From: Moniliella sp. 'wahieum'
Lineage: Eukaryota
Direction: 5' to 3'
Length of the DNA stretch: 64,000 nt
Assembly (NCBI GenBank): GCA_003971905.1
Contig: RSEE01000079.1
Span: forward strand, 124,001-188,000
Position 1 is the first letter of the stretch. Every line of letters begins with the position of its first letter. The translations under genes were made by a program, and so were the position numbers. A model generated the notes under the pieces. That model did no database searches, had not been told where the DNA came from, and saw nothing but the letters and a program-made list of their open reading frames with translations. Of the stretch, positions 50,522-61,586 are shown in pieces.

Positions 50522-52524
50522 GCTGCACGCATCGCTTTCCGGTGGGCCATGCTTCGCTCCTTGCTCTAGTGGCTCCACTCCTATGCAGGATAGAGACGCA
50601 TCTTTGTACGATTGGTTAACATCATGTTGCCTGACCTAAAAGATCCATGTGAAACGCCCACCAGAACTGATGGCCACTTCAATTAAGAGTTTTGTGTCGA
50701 GTTATCAGTTTGCAGATGAACTTGTGGTACCTTGTTGAAGAGACTTGAAGCTTGAAGCTAGAGACCTGTATAGGTGTGAAGTGGGTGGTAGATTGACCGA
50801 ATTCCTCCCCTATAATAGTTGTTTTGGGCAAATGCCTTGTTACCAGATTTGACGGGCCGAGTGACGTTGCGTCGTCATACGTCCAAGTGGGCTTGAGTGC
50901 ATTCCGGCAATTTGGCCTGCTCGCCATCTGCCTGCTCAGGCAGAGGTAGTATGTCGTACTCCCATCTTGAGGTGAATCTGTGATCCAGAGAGGCGACAGA
51001 TCATCAACTTTCTTAACATCGGAATGATCCTTACATGAAATTGAAAACTGCAATTGATGTATCTGACCCCTTGGCGCAGCGGTAGCGCGTGAGATTCCAG
51101 TTGTTGGCATCCTCAAGGTCATCCGTTCAAATCGGGTAGGGGTCATTTTTTGCTTCACTGAGATCGATGATTTCTTTTCGTTACCCCCCGTTTAAACTAT
51201 GAAGGCAGCAAGAGCGTACATAGCTATAGCGCTTTATAGCGCTTGGGGGGTGGGGGGGGGGGCACAATAGGTGCACATGTAGAAGAGGTCGGAGAAATGG
51301 AGGAGGGCGATGCGGCCAGAAGGAACGGCAGGAAACGGCTTAGCGGGCTGTCCGCAGGGGAGAAGACTATATTGCAGCGAGTGGGTTACCTGCCACTCGC
51401 CAATCCTGAAGCTTGAAGCCTAAAGCGAGGAGTAATCTTGAGCAACGTGGATGCAGGGTGGAAGGGCGTATGGTACGGCCAGTACCCAGTGGCTGGTTTG
51501 AATCCATCTCTTTTGCTTCGGCACATGCAACCCAAGAAACGGGGTCGACGTATTTGTCCCGGTGGTGTTGGTCACCGATAACGATATTGCTGACCGGCCG
51601 GTGGTGGCGCCTGGGCAAACCAGGGCCTCGCAGAGTGTCTATGTCAGTCCTTCACGTATGACTCACCCCCTGCAGTGCACTCAACTTGAATAGTGGCTAG
51701 TCAGCTAGTCGTCAGCTAGTCACCACCACCGGCATTCCATGTCCCCGTTCCATTCCATGCTGGCGCAGGCTGGCGCCCAAGTGCTCACGCCGCAAGCAGA
51801 GCGCCACCAGGCATGGCACATGCGATCTGAGATCTGAGACGGAGGCGCCGGAAGCCCCTGGTCTGTCTCGTCTCAGGTGTCGTGCTGCGTTGCAGGACAT
51901 CATGCATCATGCAGCGTGCATCGAGCATCCTGCTTCGTCACGCGTCACTAGTCACTGGCAGGAGGCGGGCACAGGGAGGCAGACATGCTGTCCGAAAAAG
52001 AACACTTTGACGGCGATCGATGACACTCGCGCCGTGCCCAGCACCCCGTCCGCAGTACCTGCCAGGGGCAGGCCAGCCAGGCCAAGCCAAGCCAAGCCAT
52101 CCCCAAACAGGCAAGCCCGGGTCCCCGGCCCAACTAACCGCGAACGCCTACCCCCGCGCACTGAGTACACCCTCCACAATCCAGACGCGGGAACAGATCC
52201 CACAGCACACAGGCCCTCTGCGCCCTGCTTTGTTCTGCACACACTACTCCACTGCGCCACGCTGGCATCCCTACTGTCGCATACGCCCAGTGTGCCCGCC
52301 CAGCCCCTACACTTGTAGGTCCATATTTCTCCGCCGTGGTATAAAGTTGCCCCCTTTCCCCTCTTCCCTGCGTCTCCCCACCACCACCACCCGCATACCT
52401 TCACAGAGCAGGCTCTGTCCCCTGATTCCCACTAGCCGGTCTAGTCCTTGCCCTACCCTCCCTCCTCAACCTTACGACACCTCCGCTCGCCACCTTCTCT
52501 CTCTCCACCCTATCCATATTCACC

Positions 52525-53845
52525 ATGGTCGCCCTCAAGCACATTCTTGTCGCCGTCGGATTGGTAGCGCCGGTCGCTGCCGACCTGTCCTTCGTCAAGG
52601 GGAACCACATGCACGTGGCTCGTGCGTTTGAACAGCGCGCGCGCCTGTCCCTGAGCCCGTGTGGCAAGTCGACGCCCCCGGTCGGATGCGCTTCAAGAAA
52701 CGTCATTCCAAGCACTGGTCCATCCACCACCACCTCATTCCCTCGGGCACCGCTGGTTCGGGCCGGGGTCTGCTGCTCCGACAGGATTTCCTTCATCGGG
52801 TTCCGACTCGGGATCGGATTCCAGCTCCAGTTGGGGCTCGGGCTCTTCTGGCTCGGGCTCTGCTGGCTCGGGTTCCTCATCGGGCTCCGAAGCATCTTCT
52901 GACGGAAGCTGCTCGGACGCACCGTCGTATTCGGCCTCTGCTGCGGCCAGTGCGTCGTCGTTGAAAGGTAATTTGCACTACAAGAGCGGCTCCAAGTCGT
53001 CTTCTTCCTCTTCCAGCCGGGGTTGGGGTTCCGGGTCCGGTTCTTCGGACTCGGATTCGGGTTCTTCCAGCTCTTCGGGTTCTTCGGGTTCTTCGGGCTC
53101 TTCGGGATCCAGCTCTGGATACAGCAAGCAGCAACTCAAGTCTGATCTCACTAGCTTCCTCAGTGCGGTTGGAGACACGAACAATGCTCAGTCGCACTTT
53201 GACGAATATGTCGAGGCAATTTGGGACTCGGCGCAGCGGTACTGGCCCGATCTGCCTCTCGAGCTGGTTTGCCGTACCATCATGGCTGACATTCGGACCG
53301 AGTCGGACTTCCAAGCCAACATGGTGGACGGAACGGCGTGGGGTGCTCTCCAGGTCACTCCGGGCGGAAGTTCAGGAGAGTTGACCCTGTTCCAGCAGCA
53401 TGCCACCACGACCAACACCTTTTCTTGGGGCAAGGGCAAGATGGGCACCTTGATCGACTACAAGACCAAGAAGCCCATTGACCTTCAGTCGCTCACCCAA
53501 CAGGACTTGCTCCGCCCTTGGATCAACATTCATGTCGCTGAGTGGATTCAATCGAACGAGGCTCGGACGGGCTCGGCAGACCCCGGGGACTGGTCCCGTC
53601 TCGCCTCAGAGGCCAAGAACGGTGGTCGCATCTCTGTCAACTCTGGTGTCAAGGCCAACATGGCTACTGGGCTTGGCACGTGGTTCGCCGGCCCCAATGC
53701 TGACGACGGTTTCCAGACTTCGGGAGACAAGGGCAGTGGCGGTTACGTCAACACTGTCATGCAGGGCCTCGGTCATTTCTACAATGGCAACGCGCCTAGC
53801 CTTACCCAGCACACTGTCCGGCAAGGACTGGTCGATTTCCATTAA
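52525..53845 (+). CDS. Secreted Ser/Gly-rich protein with a C-terminal lysozyme-like (SLT/GH23-type) domain
   Basis: Signal peptide MVALKHILVAVGLVAPVAA, long S/G linker, then IMADIRTESDF..AWGALQVTP..DLLRPWINIHVA, matching the SLT motifs ES / GLMQ / L.dP..NI. Confidence 0.65.
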
Positions 53846-55095
53846 CTTTCACTCTCCAGCTGGTCTGAAGTGAAGTGTATTGCGGCTTTCCTCTGTCTTC
53901 TATTACCTACCTACGGGCTGTGCCCTGCGGGATGTACTGAGATGCACCACGGCTTTTGAATCCGTGAGCCTACGTGTCTGCACAGAAAATCTTTTGAGTG
54001 CAATAACTCAGAAGCACGAGCGGGATGCTCATAGTTTGTAACACCAGCCCGCAGATGAGGTGGTGTCTGGTGATGTTCGCTGGACCTCCAAGTTCCGTTG
54101 AGAGCTTTTATGCATCGCGCTTTATCCCAAGGGGCGAGGATCGGAGGTAGCATCGAGGGGAGATGAATGAAGGCGCTCCTCGGCAGCGACGTTCTAGAAG
54201 GGTTGGTTGGCTCCCTTCAGAAAGATCATGGGGAAGCGCGGTGAGTGATGATACCACTCACTGTATGGTGTGTCTGGCCGGAGTAGGTCTGTCGCCTCTC
54301 ACCATTACACTCGGGTGCTAGCACCCCCTCCCACCCTAGAGCGTGACCCATGAGTGGGACCTCTCTGCTATAAGCTTCAGTCTATATATACCAGATGGTG
54401 GCACAGCACGGTAATGTGCCCACCAAATTAGGAGATGTCCCTGGCATCACCCGCCAGCCAGGACTTTTCTGGATCCCGTTACTTGTCTCCAATAGCATAA
54501 TACTGGAGCAAAAGCAGATAAGTATGGACGTGATGGGCGCATGTGTGTGAGCGATGGTCCATTGTTCCTCGTCAGACTCATCTTCTATCTTTCCCGTGGT
54601 TGATAGGGGGTGCGACCTCGATGTCTACGGACCATAGCTGAATGGGAGGACGTGTGGCGCGTTCTGGTGCTGTGGCCGTCAATTGTGGATGCTGAAAAGT
54701 GCGGCACGACGCGAGACCTACGACGCGCCCACACATTTCCGCACACCTGTTCCAGTGCTCTCAGGGCAAGCAGCTCGTGGACATCCTTCCTGGACAGGGA
54801 CAGCTTGGCATTTACTATTTCCGATAGCTAGCGGGGCCTTACTACTTCTCTCGCGACCAACCCTTTTCCTGACACCGGCTGCACGTGTCGCTTGACGCTA
54901 GTATGACGGCCCGCTCCGACCCCTCGTCCTCAGACATCCAGAGCGCGGGTGTTCAGCTCGACTCAACACTCAGCACCTTCACCTTCAGTACCTTAAATTC
55001 CAGGTCCGCTATACCAGCCCTCAGATGATCGAGATGAACAGCCTACGCCATCCATCCGTTTACTCGTGGACATGCATTGCACCTAAAGGGCGAGT

Positions 55096-56871
55096 TCAAA
55101 GCGACGCAAGCTCATCGCGGATCTCCTTCTCACCTGCAATCTTCTGCAGCTGGTTCGCCTCAAGCTGTTCCCCGCGCCTGCCGGTCCTTCAACTCCTGGA
55201 TCGCCTTGAGCTTCTTGTTGAGGTTCCGCACCTTTTTCTCCAGCGAGTTGTTGAACGAGCCCGAGGCGTCCGCTACGCCCGCCGCAGCAACCGGCGCAAG
55301 CGCAGGAGCCGCCTTATCCTTCTTACCCTTTTTGGGAGCGCTCCCAGGAGGGGCACCAGGAACGGTCTTGCGTCCCCCGCGAGCCGATGGCGGCACGTAC
55401 GCCCCACTGTCTCCCAATCCGGACGCCGCCATGAGAGGGAAAGCGAGGTGGGTCCCGCGTCCCCGCCAAGCGCACGGGCGCCGGGTGGGCGGTAGACCTT
55501 GGCCGCTCCGGCCGGCTTAGCAGATTTGGATGTCTGGCTTGCCTGTGCCGAGGGCGAAGCCTCCGGCAGGCGGAAGAACAGATGGGAAAGCCGGCTCAGT
55601 CCCAGGAAGCGCTGGCCGCCACGAGGCCTGGTACAGTTCCTCGGCCGGAACCACGTGTACCAGCTTGCCAGTGCAGTGCCAGAGACGCACCCCGTTGTCC
55701 ACTCGCAGACGGGGAGAGAGCACAGCAGTAAGGATAAACAGACCGTCAGGCGACCATTGGCACACCGAGCTGCCAGGCGCCTCAAACGTGTACACCTTGC
55801 CTTGCGATAGGTTTTCCCGATCCCACACGTCAACCGTGCCGTGCAAGTTGCCAAAGCCACCGAGGAGAAGGAAACGGCCCTGCGGGTTGAAGGCAACAAA
55901 GTTACGCGGGGCCACGCCAAGCTCGGCAATCACGTTGACCTTGTACGAGAACAACACAGTCTTGGCCGGCATGTAGCCGTAGATGACGACAAATTCGCGT
56001 CCATTTGGGCTCCAAGTAAAGTCATGGATCGGACCTTCCTTCTCGAGGCCAACGCGGCAGTCAAATTCGCCCCTCGAAGTCATCATGTAAGGTTGTTTTC
56101 GCCATAGTAGGATTGGCCCGTCTTGTCCACCTCGGTCGAGGTCATAAACAAGAGTGCCGACCCACTCGCATTCCACTTCATTTGGATCTTGTCGGCCTTG
56201 AAAAACGTCTTTTGAGAGACCGGGGCCGGCGTCTTGTTCCCGTCCAGACAGGAGACCAACGTAAACACGCGCACCGACGCGGGCTTTCCTTTCTTCTCAC
56301 CCACAAACGCGGCAAGCGAGGGCTTTTCTCCGGACCCAGAGCAAAGCTCGTCAAACCCTCCACACGAAGCTTGCCGAGGGGCACAGGGGCGCTCCCCTCA
56401 GCTAGCTGGCGCAAGTCAAACACCTGCAGCTCATTCGTAACTTGGCGAATACAGTAGGTCTCGTTGGACGAGAATTGAAAGAAGGCACCCTCCTGTGTCT
56501 TGCGTTCAAACTCGCCCACCTTCTTGCCCGACTTGACCTCCCAAATGATCAAGTTGGGAACCAGGCCAGCACCATCGTCTGTCTTGACCGGACGCGACCA
56601 CGTGGAGATAAAGTTCCCCAGCGGGGAAAAGGCCAGGTCAATCACGCCACTAACAGGAAGCGTGCGCACCAACTGCCCGGCATCCTTGTCGTCCGCCGAG
56701 TAGATAGCCACCGCATCGGGCAGGGCGGCGGCTACAACAGACCCGTCCGGCGCATACTGAACGTTTACCGAGCGCTTGGCCCGCAAAGTCGCCAGCGGGA
56801 GCGTAGGAGGGTGCGCCGGTGGCCAGTCCAAAGGCCTTTCCGGTGCGCCAAGCGTACTGTGCAGCGCTCAT
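55096..56871 (-). CDS. EIF2A: Eukaryotic translation initiation factor 2A
   Basis: FSPLGNFISTW, GKPASVRVF, KTFFKADKIQMKWN, TEVDKTGQSYYGE, GPIHDFTWSP, YGYMPAK, GFGNLHG, LSPRLRVDNG, YRPPGAR, KKVRNLNKKLKAIQELK. Confidence 0.96.
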
Positions 56872-57307
56872 CGCGTACGGGTCGATCAGGGACTGGTGGT
56901 GGCCAAAGGAGAAGGCGCAGCTTCGCAAGCTACCACCTGCCTTCAGCCAGCCTGTTCTGAACTTCCGAACGCCTTCCTTCTTCAAGAAATTAAAAACGTT
57001 CAAATGGTGGCCCACATCATCGATCAAATTGCAAATCCACGTTTCAACGACCACGCATCATGCATCACATCATGGTGTGGCGCGTGACGCCCCGAAACCA
57101 GCACACCTGGCCACGCCCCACCTGAGTTTCACGTCGGCTTTTGGCACATGTCCGGATCGTCCAGATCCACTGCCAGCACCTGACCCAAAACAACTCGTTC
57201 ACCTTGGCATTAGGCTAAGGATCGCTTTCACGAGCAACGCTTCCATTATGATGCGCGGGCCACGAAGGGGTATGCAGGCGTAGAGTCGCCAGAATACAAA
57301 ATGTTAA

Positions 57308-57720
57308 CTACTTTACGCGCTTCGACCAAAGAAAGGCTTGCTCCTTCAGGAGCTTGTTCACCAAGTTCGACTCCACCTCGGTCTCCTTCTCGTCTTGAGC
57401 CTGATCCAGCTCGTCTTGCACTTTAGTAGGGATCTCTTCCCGTCTCGTGAAGTCAAACATCACAGGGCGTCATGATCTAGTCATAGAAGGTCAGGATTGC
57501 TCCGACACCGAGGGAGCACCAAGAACAAGAACAAGGCCGTCGACTTGTCGTCGAAAGAATGGATGGTGGAATGAGAAAGGAGGCCTGTCAAAATAGTAGG
57601 GACCGATGCGTGCAGTGGCGTGGAGCGATGGAACTCGGAGCGTAGACCTCTGTTAATAGGAACCACCGGAATCGCAATTGGGCACCCACGAACTTGCCAA
57701 GTAGGCCGGAATCGTCAATA
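57308..57720 (-). CDS. Possible small hypothetical protein (fragmentary)
   Basis: Protein-like C-terminal frame MFDFTRREEIPTKVQDELDQAQDEKETEVESNLVNKLLKEQAFLWSKRVK*, preceded by ORF 57481-57666. No family recognised. Confidence 0.25.
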
Positions 57721-57823
57721 GTCGGAGCAACAGCTAATCGGCCCCTTTCAAGTACAAGGTTGCGGCGCAGAACACAGTAGACCCTTTTGGCTCAAAAGGG
57801 GCGGCCAAGTATACTGCCCCACC

Positions 57824-57922
57824 CTGCATGATGCATGATGCATGATGCGAAATGCTCAGGCTCCCACCTGAGAAAGGGGTGATCGCTGTGATCGATGATC
57901 GCTGATCTGCGATCGATGATCC
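57824..57922. repeat. 7-bp-phased arrays (ATGCAT-G)n and (ATCGAT-G)-type
   Basis: ATGCAT at 57831 and 57838; ATCGAT-G-ATCGCT-G-ATCTGC-G-ATCGAT at 57891-57917. Confidence 0.85.
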
Positions 57923-58180
57923 TTCACTCGCAGCACAGGGCCAGCCAGGAGGGTTGAGCTGCTGACGCACAGGCGCAGTGTGACCTGTCGGACCGCAAGT
58001 GGCGCAGCGCAGCACAGGACAGTAGCCCCGGCCCAGAAAGTAGACGTTGAATACGTCAATGCGGAGGGTGCGTCCCCTCCTCTCCCCTCTTCCACCACCG
58101 TCTGCACCCAGTGCCCCAGCGCCAACAGCGTCCTTCCCTCACTGGCTTGACTGGCGCGAGCCTCACCTTGAAGATTGACC

Positions 58181-59192
58181 ATGCCAGCCTTGTACCATCC
58201 TCCCTCTGCACGCGCATGGGAGTGGAATGACGGCAGCGGCAGCACGTCGACCAACCGCCTCGCTCTCACTTCGGACCAAAAAGTGGTGGTGATCGTGGCC
58301 TGCTGCTATATTGCCGCCATTGCGCTCTGAGCTGGCTGCCGGTTGTCAACTGGGTGTTTTACCCCTTCCGTCTGCTGGCCGTTGGGTTCCACGAGTTCTC
58401 CCATGCCGCCGTCGGTCTGCTCACTTGTGCCAAGATCGAGAGCATCGAGCTCGACCCCTACGAGGGTGGTGTGACCCGTATGCGCGGTGGCATCCCTGCC
58501 CTCACTCTTCCAGCTGGCTATACCGGGAGTGCCTTTATTGGTGCCGCCCTGATTGCTTGCGGATTCGATGAAAAGGCATCCAAGATCGCCTCTATTGTCG
58601 TGGGCGTCTTCTTTCTCATCACTCTGTGGTGGGCCCGGCGGGATTGGTTCACCTGGCTTTTAGTTATTGTGTGTACATACCCCTATGCTCTGTTGCAGCC
58701 TGAAGCTGACTTGCCTTCCTTGGTCCTCTGGATCTCTTCTTTACTGCGACAGATCTGGGTTGGCCGTACGTCCCTTTTCCCTTAGAAACATACATATACT
58801 AACTCTGCACAGTATTCCTAGCCTTCTGGTTCATCAAGGACTCGGTAGCGCTGCGTTTCTTTGTTCTGTTCATCGTGCGTCTTTTCTCCTCCCCTTTCCT
58901 TCACTCGCACTTTTATCCTCATCATGACTAACCTATCTTACTCGCGAAGGGGGTCCACAACTGTCTTTACTGTATCTGGGACATCTGCGACGACCTCATC
59001 TTCCGCAAGGTGAACGAATCGGATGCATCTGCGTTTTCCAAGCTCTTTGGAGGTACACCGCAGTGCCACGGGTTTATCTGGTTGCTGATCGCTGTCGGAT
59101 TCTTTGCCTGTGGCGTGATTGTGGGTATTGTTGCGTTCAAACGCACTGCGGCTCAGCAAGAGGCCGACCCATTCCTTAAGGTTAACGATTAA
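58181..59192 (+). CDS. Peptidase M50B-like membrane protein
   Basis: YPFRLLAVGFHEFSHA (HExxH), IESIELDPYEGGVTRMRGG, LTLPAGYTGS, WDICDDLIFRKVNESDAS. Introns near 58671-58812 and 58876-58948. Confidence 0.9.
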
Positions 59193-59888
59193 CGTTTACC
59201 GCCAAGATCACGTTTGACGCCAAGATGACCTCCATTCTCTCTTGTTCATCGTCTGTGATGGGCCGAGCTTTTTGCTACGGCTCGTGGCCCACTGGACCCT
59301 CTCTTCCCCCTCTTCGACCCAGAACAGTGTACCGCCTGCCCATTACCCACCGTGTATTCTTCCCTTGCATTCGCCATGCGACGATTCCTCCATTGATAAT
59401 TGATGTGATCATCTTTCGCGGGCCACTCAAAAAGACGAAGGACGAGCCTCGAAAAGTAGTTACAGCAAGCATGGTAGGTTGGTGTAGTGTATGCGTACTA
59501 TTCAAACCTACTGTGCATACCCTTTTCAGGGATGACGAGTCTGGGCGTGGGCGGGCCGGAGCTTAGGGCAGAAAGTGAGTGAGGGGAATGCCCAATTCCA
59601 TCGACAGATGCGACGGGGAAAACGTGTACCAATAGGAAATCTAGTCGCTCTCATGATCGACATGATCATCGCCTCGTGGCAGGCTGTTCCATCAGACCGA
59701 CCAACCATATCTCGTCTCATCCCGGCGCTACGAATGATATGCTACATCCACATTTTCCTTGCGTTTGCTTTCCAATTTGCACGACCGCTCTCGTACGTCC
59801 CTCGGGGCAGGTGGGATCAGATGGATGGGGTTTTATATGCATTTTTACTCCACTGACCCAGACGGTTTCCAGTGGCATCATTTCCAAA

Positions 59889-61586
59889 CTACTTTTTGCC
59901 GTTTGGGACGTGCTGAAGGGCCTCCGAGTCTTTCGGGACCCAAATCGACACGCTGCTAGCAGGACAAAGGAACTCGGCCTTTCCATCGTCTCCGATAGTA
60001 ATCTCCCCCTCGTGCCAACCAAGAAGGTCGACAAAGGTCTTTCCCTTGTAGCGTTCGCCCATCTCGAGCACCTTTCCCCCTCTCCCTCACCATTGCAGAT
60101 TACCACGGCGCATCCATCATGCGCCTCGTCCCCCGCCCGCGACCATCCCACACACTGGGCAAAGTCCCAGACATCGCGCTGTTCACCATACGCAAAGTGC
60201 CGCCGGGCATAGATAAACTTGTCCAGGTCCGACATGGGGGGCACCTCGTGTGTCGCCTCGCCCCCCTCACCCTGGCCATGGCAGCCATCGAGATCACCAA
60301 TGAACACACATGGGAACCCGTCTTGCCTCAGGAGATGAGCGCGTACGCGAGCGGCACAAAGGGCGGCGCACGACAGACTGCAGTGCTTGGCCCGGTTGCG
60401 TATCGTGGTTTGCGACCAGGGTGACAGCGTCCAGTGGACGGGCTTTGACGAGCGTGTCGTCAAAAATGGTGCGCAGGTCAAAGTCTTTCCCCTGCTCGCC
60501 CGCCTGAACAAAGTTGTAGTGGAGGGGAGCATCAAAGAGGGAGAACTGCTCCCCGTTCTCGCCTGCGGCAAACTGCTCCAAGTAGGAGACGCAGGTCCCC
60601 ACATCGTCTTTCCATAGTTCGCCGACAGAGAAGAGGATGGGCCCTTCATCCTCGTTGACGGGCGGCAGACCCTTTTCCTTGCGCATTTCGCGGAGACTTG
60701 GCGAGAATGGTGGACAAAGTCACGAATAAAGTCGCGAGAAATGTGTTTGACCGCATCGAAGCGCATTCCATTGATGGGGAAGGTGCGCAGAACCCACTCG
60801 GTCCAATGGAAAAGTTCCTCTCGCACTGCCGATGCGCATGGTCCACATCGGCGCCCATCAGGTAGTCATACGACCCTTTCTCCCCATCCACATCCTTGGC
60901 CCAGTTCTTTCCATCGCCCTCAATGCGGAACACTTGGTTCTTCTCCTGCTTCTGATCCCAGTCGACACCAGTAAAGTGGTTAAATGTCCACTGGAAGGTA
61001 GAGAAAGGTGGGTCGGAAGAGTACTCCGGCTTATCGATACTGGCTTTGCCCTCGGGAATGCGGTTGGGGAATGTGAAGGAGGTATAGCCTTCAATATCGT
61101 ACGCTTCGCCTTCCTCCAGCCGATTGTCCTCCTTAACCGGATGGGCGAGGAAAGTTTCGGTTTTGTCTGCACCCATGCGGTGGTTGAGGACGGCGTCGAG
61201 GTAAATCCGCTCCACACCTGCCTTGTTGAGCTGGGCGAGGGCCTGCTCGAACGCCTTCCGATCGCCATACTTGGTCTGCGTCGTGGCTGGGTTCGTGCCC
61301 TTGGTGGGAAACTGGCCAAAGTCCCAGAGATCATAGACGTCGTACCCAGTGCTTTGGTCACCGGACGCCGCCTTGTACGGCGGCGGAAGCCAGAGATCCG
61401 TTAGACCCATTGACGCGAACCGCTCGGCGTTTTTCCCTAGCCAGTGCCAGTGGTTTCCGCCCCCGGGAGTGTACCTGTCCCCACTAGGTCAGTCGTGCGC
61501 AACGGAAAACAGAGGCGACCTGCCAACCAAACGTACCATTCAAATGCCTGGAGGAGGGTGTGGTTGTGCTTTTCGTCGCTGGGCAT
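59889..61586 (-). CDS. Intracellular alpha-amylase, GH13_5 (bacterial liquefying type, Amy1/AmyD-like)
   Basis: TLLQAFEW|Y across intron 61475-61536, WLPPPYKA, GYDVYDLWDFGQF, DAVLNHRMGAD, YDYLMGADVD, GMRFDAVKH, GELW, VTLVANHDTQPGQ. No signal peptide. Confidence 0.95.

Noticed and set aside
50679..51158. 159-aa minus-strand ORF downstream of RPS23
   Set aside because: No recognisable motif, a non-ATG start in the track, and it runs through a footprint array. It cannot be supported as a gene.
4659..61586. Frameshifts in almost every gene, read as mass pseudogenisation or programmed frameshifting
   Set aside because: They hit essential genes (TYS1, RPL27, RPS23) with otherwise intact motifs and are mostly single-base losses in short runs, typical of unpolished long-read consensus.
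59889..61586. Bacterial-type amylase as a recent horizontal transfer
   Set aside because: Intracellular GH13_5 amylases are established in fungi, and this gene has a spliceosomal intron and host-like composition.
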